Positions 32,343-40,167 of a stretch of DNA of 53,378 nt are shown one piece after another; position 1 is the stretch's first letter; every line of letters begins with the position of its first letter. The notes under the pieces are model-generated. The model was not told the origin of the DNA. It was given only the letters and a program-made list of their open reading frames with translations, and made no database searches. Origin of the DNA: Actinomycetota bacterium. Lineage in GTDB: Bacteria; Actinomycetota; Thermoleophilia; Solirubrobacterales; Thermoleophilaceae. Location of the stretch: contig JAFAQQ010000058.1 in NCBI GenBank assembly GCA_019246335.1, positions 1-53,378 of the forward strand, given 5' to 3'. Made by a program: the position numbers and the translations under genes.

Positions 32343-32699
32343 TCATCGAATTGCCGGCCCGCCTATGCACACGGAGCCGGCGCGTGCAACGGCGCGCGAC
32401 GGTGGGGCGCGCCCGGCGAGAGCGGTGGCGAGGAGCAGGCCCCCCCGCGGGACCAGGGCCATCGGCGGGCGGCGACGCGTCTTGGCAAGCGTGAGCCCTC
32501 GCCGGATCCTGCGACGCCGCAGCGCGGCCCTCACAAGCAGGTCTTCGCCGGGGAATCGCCCTACGAGCAGGAGCAGCGCGAGAAGGGCGACCGGGACTCC
32601 GTACAGCAGGCCCACCCCAGCCTGCGCGACCAGGAGGCCGCACGCCAGGGGGACCACGGCTGCCATGAACGCGGCGAGGCGCCACCGTGCGGCCGTCAT
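32343..32699 (-). CDS. Small membrane protein (118 aa), paralogous to the C-terminal half of the 207-aa protein; not resolved in ORF track
   Basis: The ATG at 32699 overlaps the CopCD stop (ATGA). Two TM segments, an Arg-rich stretch, then ALAGRAPPSR. GC3 is high. It fills an otherwise 373-nt gap in a tightly packed operon. Confidence 0.6.
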   Translation of the reverse strand: MTAARWRLAAFMAAVVPLACGLLVAQAGVGLLYGVPVALLALLLLVGRFPGEDLLVRAALRRRRIRRGLTLAKTRRRPPMALVPRGGLLLATALAGRAPPSRAVARAGSVCIGGPAIR

Positions 32700-34501
32700 C
32701 GGATCGGCACCTTCACCGTCGTCGTGTACTCGTCGAACTTCGTCACGAGCACGGTCACCGTCAGCTGCCACGTGCCAGGCACGCTGAGCAGGGCTCCGGG
32801 CACGATGTAATGCCCGGGCCCTGCCTTGCTCGCGCCCTGGTTGAGGGGACCGATCCGCTTCGAAGGAAGGCTCTCCGCGATGTCGACCTCCTGCGCACGG
32901 GTGAACTGCGTGCCGTCCTTCGGGTTGAGCAGGTAGAGGTGGATTTCGTTCGATCCGACCTTCGCCGGGTCCACCGTCATCTGGAGCTGCGCCGGTCCTA
33001 CGTTGGTCGTCTTGTTCACCGGACCTGTCTGGGCGACGATCGACGGCGCGTACATGACGAGCGCAGCGGTGACGCCAAGGATGCCGAAGACCAGCATCAC
33101 CTCGCCGCGAAGCGCCCGACGGAGCAGCAGGCCACCGCGGCCGGGTGCGGCGCCCTCCGCCGCCAACCGCTTCATGAGTGGGACGCTGCGCTGCCGGTTG
33201 TAGGCAGCGAGAGGGATCAGCCCGAGTAGGACGATCGACTTGATCAGGACCGCACGCCCGAACGCCGTGTGGATGAGGTTGCCCGGATCGCGGACGTAGA
33301 TGTAGGCCTGGATCACTCCGGTCACCGCGATCGCGCCGACAGCGGCGAGGGCGAGGGGCGAGAAGCGGCCGAGCACTGCCCCGAGCAGTCGGGTCCGATC
33401 CGCCGGCTCGAGCGCGCGCGTGGCTCGAGGTACAGCGAACAGCAGGAGCGCAAGGCCGCCCGCCCACACGCTCATCGCGACGACGTGGATGACGTCGACC
33501 GGGAAGAGCACCGCCTCCGGGCTCTGCGTGGACGCGTGGCCGGCGAGCGCGGGCATCAGCACGAGGTAGACGAGCGGCGCCACCACCAAGAGGCCAACCG
33601 GACCGGGGCCTCGCCTCATCGCCAGCCCCGTCGCTCCGAGCTCGGCCGGCCGCAGGACGGGCGCGCGCTCACGGCGCGGCGAAAGCAGCGGAATCGCGAA
33701 CGCGGCCGCGACCGCCCATGCGGCCACGCCGAGGCCGAACGACCGGCCGAACCTCGTCCCTAGGACCTCGCGGACGATATTTGGCTTCAGGGCCGCCCAG
33801 CCCGAGATGCCCCCGGCGAACGCGCCCTCCAGTACCACGAGCGCCGCGGCGGTCACAGCGCCCGCGATCGCGACGACGATGACGACGGTCCGCAGCCGTC
33901 GCAGGAAGGCCTCGGATGCACCGGCCCATTCCGGGCTTCCGCCGCCCGTCGCCCGAAGCGCGGGCAGCCAGGTCCAGAGCATGAACATCAGAGCGCCAAC
34001 CGCGACCGCGATCGATGCGTATTGCAAGCCGCGGGCGATCCCGAACGCGATCTCCGTTGGCGGCCCGGTCTTCGAGCCCTTGGTTAGCTGGGCGACGGTC
34101 TGACCCGGTGCCGTACCGGGCTTCCCGATCGAGAACACAAACCCGCTGGACACCACGTGCCCATCCGCGGAGATCACGCGGTAGGTCGCCGTGTACGTTC
34201 CCTCCGCCAGATGCGGCTTGAGGTGAACGCCGAGCTCCGACCCAGTGCTGTTCGGGTGGAAGGCGTCGCCCTGGTCGACCCGCTTGCCGGAGGAGTCGAA
34301 CACGCGCACGGCGCCGAAGTTCCCCTCGACCGTCTGGTCGAACTTGAACACGACGGCCGAGGGCTCCCGCTTGACGACGGCGCCTCGAGTCGGCGACGTC
34401 GATTGGAGCTGCGCATGGGCCCACGCCGCCGGCGCGCCGACGAGCAACGCCGCCGCTGCCGCGACGGCAGCGGCGGCGGCGCGTTGGCGTAGCGCCGTCA
34501 C
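32696..34501 (-). CDS. CopC-CopD fusion protein with C-terminal YtkA/FixH-like domain (YcnJ-like)
   Basis: The GTG at 34501 overlaps the upstream stop. Signal ..APAAWA|HAQLQSTSP (CopC N-terminus), 8 or more TM segments of CopD type, and a C-terminal beta domain (..GPGHYIVPGALLSVPGTWQLTVTV..). Confidence 0.88.
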   Translation of the reverse strand: MTALRQRAAAAAVAAAAALLVGAPAAWAHAQLQSTSPTRGAVVKREPSAVVFKFDQTVEGNFGAVRVFDSSGKRVDQGDAFHPNSTGSELGVHLKPHLAEGTYTATYRVISADGHVVSSGFVFSIGKPGTAPGQTVAQLTKGSKTGPPTEIAFGIARGLQYASIAVAVGALMFMLWTWLPALRATGGGSPEWAGASEAFLRRLRTVVIVVAIAGAVTAAALVVLEGAFAGGISGWAALKPNIVREVLGTRFGRSFGLGVAAWAVAAAFAIPLLSPRRERAPVLRPAELGATGLAMRRGPGPVGLLVVAPLVYLVLMPALAGHASTQSPEAVLFPVDVIHVVAMSVWAGGLALLLFAVPRATRALEPADRTRLLGAVLGRFSPLALAAVGAIAVTGVIQAYIYVRDPGNLIHTAFGRAVLIKSIVLLGLIPLAAYNRQRSVPLMKRLAAEGAAPGRGGLLLRRALRGEVMLVFGILGVTAALVMYAPSIVAQTGPVNKTTNVGPAQLQMTVDPAKVGSNEIHLYLLNPKDGTQFTRAQEVDIAESLPSKRIGPLNQGASKAGPGHYIVPGALLSVPGTWQLTVTVLVTKFDEYTTTVKVPIR

Positions 34502-35175
34502 CAGGCCTCCGCGGCCCCCCTCGGTGTCGCCTCACGTTCATCAGCCGTGCGGCGGCGCCGGATGAACCAGACGAGGGCGATCCCCAGCAGCGCGATCACT
34601 ATCAACGCGACGATCGCGGCGGCCGGGAACCCCTTCGGCTGCCCCGCCCAGAACAGCGTTCCGTTGATGGCAGCCGGCTTTCCGCCGACGCTCACCGGGA
34701 TCGTGTAGTCGAAGATCTTGGTCTTCTTGTGCTTGTCCTTCACCTGTGACGGGATGGTGTGGGCCATCCAGTGCATGCGATGGTCATGCCACACAAAACG
34801 TCCGGACTGGTCGATGACCTGCCACTGGGGCGCCCCCTTACCCGTCACGCTCTTCGGCACCGGCGTCGTGGCGAAGCGATCCTGGTTCAGGTAGACCGCG
34901 GGACTGTTCTTGTTCTGCTCGACCGTCCCGTTCGGGAGGAGTTCGGCATACGGGTAGCCGTTGTAGTCCCGGATGACGACCGGCTTCCCGGTCTTGTTGA
35001 CGAGCTCGAGCTGGTTGTCATAGCCCAGTACCTGTACCTGCAGGCCCTGGATGTTCGGGAAGACGCCGTTGACCACCGACCGGTAGTCGGGATTCCCTTC
35101 GTGTGCTGCAGCTGGTTGGGCAGACGCCGCGACCAGCACGGCCGCGATTGCGACTGCCCGTCGAAGACGCGACAT
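34498..35175 (-). CDS. Exported His/Met-motif protein (225 aa) with C-terminal TM anchor, unknown family
   Basis: ATG at 35175 is preceded by GAAGGAG. Signal ..ASAQPAAA|HEGNPDY. Internal WHDHRMHWMAH motif and a C-terminal TM segment (AAAIVALIVIALLGIALVWFI). Confidence 0.8.
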   Translation of the reverse strand: MSRLRRAVAIAAVLVAASAQPAAAHEGNPDYRSVVNGVFPNIQGLQVQVLGYDNQLELVNKTGKPVVIRDYNGYPYAELLPNGTVEQNKNSPAVYLNQDRFATTPVPKSVTGKGAPQWQVIDQSGRFVWHDHRMHWMAHTIPSQVKDKHKKTKIFDYTIPVSVGGKPAAINGTLFWAGQPKGFPAAAIVALIVIALLGIALVWFIRRRRTADEREATPRGAAEAW

Positions 35176-35231
35176 CGCTGCTCCTTCGGGTCGGGGCTTC
35201 ACGCAGCGCCCGGTCCCTAGGGGCCGGCGCG

Positions 35232-35855
35232 CTACGTCGCTATCAGCTTGCGCACGGGGGGTGCCCGCCCTGCCGCAGATGCAGCGAGCGGGTCGAGCAA
35301 GCGGATGGGCGCGGTGGGCTGCCGCTTCCCTGCCGGCTGGTCGCGGCGGGTCGGAGCGGAGCGGACACGGGCTCGCGATGCGAACCGGACGACCGCGTGG
35401 GCACCACGCATGAGCAGCGTCATGGCAAACGCCACGGTCATCGCAACGGGCACGCTCCAGAGCCCGCCGTGCCCGAAAACGCCCGCCAGGCTCGGTGGGT
35501 GGCCGGCGGCGAAGGCCCCCTCGAGGAGCTCCTGGCAGATGTAGATGAGGACGAGCCCCAGCGCCGTCACGAGCCAGAGTGCCGCCACCGGACGCGCGGC
35601 ACCCGAACTCTCCTGCGTTCGCCATGCACGCGCAACGCGCGTCAGAAACAGACCGAATGCAACAGCGGTCAGCGCGACGATCCACGGAGTCACCCAATTG
35701 AGATAGGCATGGCCCTGCCTGGATAGCTGGCCGTCGGCATGTGACCCGTAGGCCAGGTAATAACGCGCCTGATGGACGACCAGAGCCGCGGCGGGCATCA
35801 GCGCTGCGGCACCGAGCCGGCGTAACGCGGTACGTGTCGCGGATCCGCGACTCAT
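35232..35855 (-). CDS. Membrane protein (207 aa), unknown family
   Basis: About 4 TM segments, His-containing loops (HQARYYLAYGSHADG.., GHPPSLAGVFGHGG) and a C-terminal Arg-rich tail ending AAGRAPPVRKLIAT. Confidence 0.7.
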   Translation of the reverse strand: MSRGSATRTALRRLGAAALMPAAALVVHQARYYLAYGSHADGQLSRQGHAYLNWVTPWIVALTAVAFGLFLTRVARAWRTQESSGAARPVAALWLVTALGLVLIYICQELLEGAFAAGHPPSLAGVFGHGGLWSVPVAMTVAFAMTLLMRGAHAVVRFASRARVRSAPTRRDQPAGKRQPTAPIRLLDPLAASAAGRAPPVRKLIAT

Positions 35856-35882
35856 CGCGTCCTCAACTGTACTCCCGGCCGA

Positions 35883-37814
35883 TTACGACGCCGCGCCGAC
35901 CGACCCGCCGCCCGGCGCCGGCGCCACGCGCGGCGACGCCTGCGGGCGCCGGCGCCGCGGGGGCGGCAGCGACCCGATCTCCCGCGAGATGCTCCGCAGC
36001 CCCCAGGTCAGCAGGGCGATCACCGCGAGCCCGATCGCGAGCACGATCAGGTACGCGAACGTCGTGAGGAACGGCGACACGCCCGGCTTCTGCTCCCGCT
36101 GCAGAAGCTTCTTGTCCCGTTCGAACGGCCGGGTGAACTGCGCCGGCGCCGGGATGCCCTTGACGGGGATCGCCGAGTCGGCGGGCATGTAGAGCGGCAG
36201 GCCGAGCACCTCACGGCCGCGCGCCAGACGCAGGGTCGACTTCCACTTCGGACCGGAGACGGGGATCGCCTGCGTCGTCCTGTACTTCCCGGGCCCGATC
36301 TCCTTGAGACGATCGACGACCGCGCCGTGGCCCTGCCATGCGGTCACCGTGAGCCAGTACTTGTGCTTTGCCGCGTTCGCCGGATGCAGCTGGATCGTGG
36401 CCGACACCTTGCGCGTCGACCCCGAGCTCGGGATGTTGCGCAGCGCGACCGTCGCCGACGGCGGGTTCGACGGCACCGGCATCGGTACGCACCAGACGAC
36501 CAGGCCCACCACCGCGGCCGCCGCCAGCGGAATCGCCCAGCGCCCGTAGCGCTCGGTGCCGGTCTCGGGGGTGATCGAACGGCCGATGAAGCCGCCGAGG
36601 ACGCCTCCTGCCAGGCCCGCGACGATCGCGCACGGAATGGCCTCCGGCAGCAGCGAGGCGGGCCACGGGTTGTAGCCCCAGACATGCGACCAGCCGAACT
36701 CGCCCGCGAAGCCCAGGGTCCCGATCAGAAGGCCCGACACCGCCCCGAGCGCGATCGGCCGCCGCCGGCCGAAGCGCAGCCCCACGAGCTCGACGCACAG
36801 GCCCTCCACGATGTAGAGCGGGAAGTGCGGCGTGGTCTGGCCGAGGATCGGCCCGACCATCAGGGCCAGGAAGCCGCGAAGCCCGATGAAGAAAACGACG
36901 CCGGCCAGCGCGCCCCCGCGCCCGAGCCGCACGCGGGCGGTGACGAGCGCGATGCCCGCGGCGAGCGCCAGCAGCACCGGCTGCCAGACGAGCCGGAACT
37001 GCGGCACTCCGAAGTCGAACTCGCCCTGGAAGGTGGACATGCCCACGAGCAGGGAGCCCGCGAGGCTGAGGTCACGAAAGCGCTGTAGCGGCGTCTTGGC
37101 GACGGGCGAATGGCCGGTTTCCTTGGCGCCCTCGACCTGCAGCACCCAGAGCCCGATGATCGACAGGCTCGCGCCGCCGAAGAGCAGCAGGTGCGTCGGG
37201 CCCCAGAGCGTCACGTCCTGGCCGAAGAGCCGGTGCCAGATGTCGTCGAGCGGGAAGGCCAGCAGCGAGACCGCGGAACAGACGAGGATCAGGATCCCGC
37301 CGAGCGGGGCCCACCATTGCGTCGCGAAGTTCTTCGCGACGTTGCTCGGCCGCTCCCGCGGCAGCGCGAGGGTCAGGGCGCCGCAGACGAAGACGCCGAA
37401 GAGCCCGACGAGGATGAAGTAGTGGGCCGGGTTGGCGAGCGGCCCGGGGTCGCGGCCGTTGTCGAGGTGGAGGGAGATGTCCCAGTACATCCCGAAGACC
37501 GCTACAAGCAGCGAGGCCCCGAGGACCGTCGCCGGGATCGAAGCCCAGCTCGGAAGGCCGGTGAGACGCTCCGCGACGCCGGCGAGCCGGCCGAGCCACT
37601 GGATACGGCCGCTGCGATGGGCGTTGATGACCCAGAGGAGCACCAGCGTCGCGATGGTCGCGCCGGCGGTGGCGCCGATGACCTGGCCGATCCCCGCCCC
37701 GGCCGCGGGCGGCTGGCCGGCCGCGAGCGCGCCGGCGGGAGTGGCGAGGCTCGCCGCTGCGGCGGCCACCGCCCCTACAAGAGCTCGGCTTGCCAGGCGC
37801 CCTGCTCGCTTCAT
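35883..37814 (-). CDS. Large polytopic membrane protein (643 aa) with C-terminal extracytoplasmic beta domain and terminal TM, unknown family
   Basis: ATG at 37814 is preceded by AGGGGG about 10 nt upstream. The ATG at 37853 is the alternative track start. Contains YWDISLHLDNGRDPGP and DDIWHRLFGQDVTLWGPTH loops. Confidence 0.8.
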   Translation of the reverse strand: MKRAGRLASRALVGAVAAAAASLATPAGALAAGQPPAAGAGIGQVIGATAGATIATLVLLWVINAHRSGRIQWLGRLAGVAERLTGLPSWASIPATVLGASLLVAVFGMYWDISLHLDNGRDPGPLANPAHYFILVGLFGVFVCGALTLALPRERPSNVAKNFATQWWAPLGGILILVCSAVSLLAFPLDDIWHRLFGQDVTLWGPTHLLLFGGASLSIIGLWVLQVEGAKETGHSPVAKTPLQRFRDLSLAGSLLVGMSTFQGEFDFGVPQFRLVWQPVLLALAAGIALVTARVRLGRGGALAGVVFFIGLRGFLALMVGPILGQTTPHFPLYIVEGLCVELVGLRFGRRRPIALGAVSGLLIGTLGFAGEFGWSHVWGYNPWPASLLPEAIPCAIVAGLAGGVLGGFIGRSITPETGTERYGRWAIPLAAAAVVGLVVWCVPMPVPSNPPSATVALRNIPSSGSTRKVSATIQLHPANAAKHKYWLTVTAWQGHGAVVDRLKEIGPGKYRTTQAIPVSGPKWKSTLRLARGREVLGLPLYMPADSAIPVKGIPAPAQFTRPFERDKKLLQREQKPGVSPFLTTFAYLIVLAIGLAVIALLTWGLRSISREIGSLPPPRRRRPQASPRVAPAPGGGSVGAAS

Positions 37815-37937
37815 CTGCACTCGCCCCCTGTTGTTCGCCTTGCTACGTGACATGCGCGCCGTTGCGGGTCGGGGCCCTTGGATCGTCGCGGGTCGCGCGC
37901 CGCCGACACCGCCGCAGCCCGCACGCCGACCGGCCCA

Positions 37938-37968
37938 GGATAACTGACTAACCGTTCAGTCAGTATCC
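37938..37968. promoter_or_regulatory. Near-perfect inverted repeat, candidate operator upstream of the membrane-protein operon
   Basis: GGATAACTGACT-aaccgttc-AGTCAGTATCC (11 of 12 bp arms, 8-nt spacer). It sits in the least GC-rich part of the 231-nt intergenic region, 124 nt upstream of ATG 37814. Confidence 0.45.
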
Positions 37969-38084
37969 CGTACCGGCCCGTCCCAAACGTGAGCTGCATC
38001 ACCGTCCGTGGTGCGGCGGTCGCTCCCAGGGGCGCGCCGCTTCGCCCTCTCGCCCACTCCAGGAACGCGCGCCGGTGCCGCGCG

Positions 38085-39647
38085 TCAGCCGCGGCCTCGG
38101 AACCGCCGCGGCACCCGCCCGTAGAGCAGCACCGAGAGCCGCTCCACGATCCTGCTCTTGGTCGGCGTGTACGGGTACATGTAGATGTCGCTCTTCGGCG
38201 CGAAGCGTGTGACGAGGACCGACTGCACCTCGCAGTACTTCTGGATCCCCTGCGCGCCATGGCGCACCCCGATCCCGGACTCGTGCGTGCCGCCGAACGG
38301 CAGCTCGGTGGCGCCGTAGTTGACCAGCGCGTCGTTGACGCAGGCGTTACCCGCACTGAGCTCGCGCGCGATCCGCTCCCCCTTCTCCACGTCGCGGGTG
38401 AACACGCTCGAGTTGAGCCCGTAGCGCGTGTCGTTCGCGTAGTGGACCGCCTCGTCCTCGTCGCGGACCTTCATGATCGGGAGCGTCGGACCGAACGTCT
38501 CCTCGGTCATGATCTCCATCGAATGGTCGACCCCGGTGAGGACGGTCGGCTGGAAGAACCGTCCGGGGCCGTCGGCCGGCTTCCCGCCGAGCTCGACCCT
38601 GGCGCCCTTCTCCACCGCGTCACGGATGTGGCGCTCGATGATCTCCACCTGCGGCGCGAACGTGACGGCGCCGACCTCGACCGAGCCGGCGCCCTCCGGC
38701 CGGCCCTGGCGCAGGGCGCGCGTCTTCTCGATCACCTTCGAGACGAACTCGTCGTACACGGGCTCCTCGACGTACACGCGCTCGATCGACTGGCAGATCT
38801 GCCCGCCGTTGGCCATCCCCCAGTAGACGGCGGTGTTCGCCGCCCGCTCGACGTCGGCGTCGCGGAGCACGATCATCGGGTCCTTGCCGCCGAGCTCCAG
38901 CGACACGGGCGTGAGCGTCTCGGCCGCGCGCGCCATGATCTTCTTGCCGGTCCTGGTCGAGCCCGTGAACATGATCATGTCCGCCTCGTCGACCAGCGCG
39001 GCTCCCGTCTCCCCGGTGCCGGTGGCGACGAGCAGGACGCCGCCCGGCAGGCCGGCCTCGCGCAGCCCCTCCTCGACGAGCAGCGACGAGAGCGGGGTCA
39101 CCTCGCTGGGCTTCATGACCACCGCGTTCCCCGCCATGAGCGCCGGGATGGCGTCGCCGAAGCAGTTGGCGATCGGGTAGTTCCAGGGACCGATCACGCC
39201 CACGACCCCGCGCGGCCGGTAGCGCACCACGAGCTTGCGACCGAGCGTGAACATCGAGTGCGAGCGCACGCGCTCGTCCGCCAGGTAGTGGGCCGCCTTC
39301 TTCGCCCAGAAGCCGAGGGCGTCGGCCGTGATGAAGACGTCGGCGAGCAACGCGTCCTCGCGCGTCTTCCCGTTCTCCTCCATGACCGTCCTTGCCACTC
39401 GGTCACGGTTGTCGATCATCCACTTGCGCATGCGGTACATCACCGCGGCGCGGTCGTCGAAGCTGCGGGCCGCCCAGTCCTTCTGCGCCACCCTCGCGCG
39501 CGCCACGAGCTCGCGCACCTGGTCGGCGTCCATGTCCGGGAGATGGCTGATGGTCTCCCCGGTCGCCGGGTTCTCGACCGCAAACGTGCGCCCGTCGCCA
39601 CCTCCGTTCCGGCTCGTATCGACGGTCTTCTGCTCGACGGTCGCCAT
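38085..39647 (-). CDS. NAD(P)-dependent aldehyde dehydrogenase (succinate-semialdehyde DH-like)
   Basis: 520 aa. Contains ELGGKDP, the catalytic Cys region GGQICQSIERVYV and EETFGP. Confidence 0.9.
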   Translation of the reverse strand: MATVEQKTVDTSRNGGGDGRTFAVENPATGETISHLPDMDADQVRELVARARVAQKDWAARSFDDRAAVMYRMRKWMIDNRDRVARTVMEENGKTREDALLADVFITADALGFWAKKAAHYLADERVRSHSMFTLGRKLVVRYRPRGVVGVIGPWNYPIANCFGDAIPALMAGNAVVMKPSEVTPLSSLLVEEGLREAGLPGGVLLVATGTGETGAALVDEADMIMFTGSTRTGKKIMARAAETLTPVSLELGGKDPMIVLRDADVERAANTAVYWGMANGGQICQSIERVYVEEPVYDEFVSKVIEKTRALRQGRPEGAGSVEVGAVTFAPQVEIIERHIRDAVEKGARVELGGKPADGPGRFFQPTVLTGVDHSMEIMTEETFGPTLPIMKVRDEDEAVHYANDTRYGLNSSVFTRDVEKGERIARELSAGNACVNDALVNYGATELPFGGTHESGIGVRHGAQGIQKYCEVQSVLVTRFAPKSDIYMYPYTPTKSRIVERLSVLLYGRVPRRFRGRG

Positions 39648-39674
39648 CTCCCGCTCCTCCTCTGTTCGCGCGCT

Positions 39675-39692
39675 CCTGGCCCGGTGGCCAGG
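39675..39692 (-). terminator. GC hairpin downstream of cyclophilin gene (possible terminator)
   Basis: CCTGGCC-cggt-GGCCAGG, a perfect 7-bp stem 8 nt after the stop at 39700. There is no U-tract. Confidence 0.35.
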
Positions 39693-39699
39693 CCGGAGT

Positions 39700-40167
39700 C
39701 TACGCCTGCGCGTCCGCGAGCTCGACGCGTTCGATCACGCAATCCTCCACCGGACGGTCGCGCGGGCCGGTCGGCTGCGACTCGATGGCACCGACCGCAT
39801 CCATGCCGTCAGCGACGCGCCCGAACACCGTGTGCTTTCCGTCGAGCCAGGGGGCGGCGTCGGCCGTGACGATGAAGAACTGGCTCCCATTGGTGTCCGG
39901 CCCCGAGTTCGCCATCGCGAGGGCGCCGCGCACGACCTTGTGGTCGTTTATCTCGTCCTCGAACGTGTAGCCCGGGCCGCCGGTCCCGGTGCCCTGCGGA
40001 CACCCGCCCTGGATCATGAATTCGGGGATCACGCGGTGGAAGACCAGGCCGTCGTAGAAGCCGTCGGCCGCGAGCTTGCGGAAGTTCTGCACCGTCTTCG
40101 GCGCGTCCCCGTCGAACAGCTCGAGCCGGATCGGTCCGTGGCTCGTGTGCATCGTCGCCTGGCTCAT
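39700..40167 (-). CDS. Peptidyl-prolyl cis-trans isomerase, cyclophilin type
   Basis: The ATG at 40167 overlaps the helicase stop (ATGA). Contains [19 protein letters not shown] and HTVFG. Confidence 0.92.
   Translation of the reverse strand: MSQATMHTSHGPIRLELFDGDAPKTVQNFRKLAADGFYDGLVFHRVIPEFMIQGGCPQGTGTGGPGYTFEDEINDHKVVRGALAMANSGPDTNGSQFFIVTADAAPWLDGKHTVFGRVADGMDAVGAIESQPTGPRDRPVEDCVIERVELADAQA

Noticed and set aside
37938-37968. The inverted repeat read as the rho-independent terminator of the aldehyde dehydrogenase gene
   Set aside because: The stem is relatively A/T-rich for this genome, there is no U-tract on the minus strand, and it lies 117 nt past the stop. An operator role is more plausible, but the terminator reading is not excluded.
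37989-39869. 626-aa plus-strand ORF
   Set aside because: It is antisense to the aldehyde dehydrogenase gene, which has the catalytic motifs. Its translation is low-complexity.
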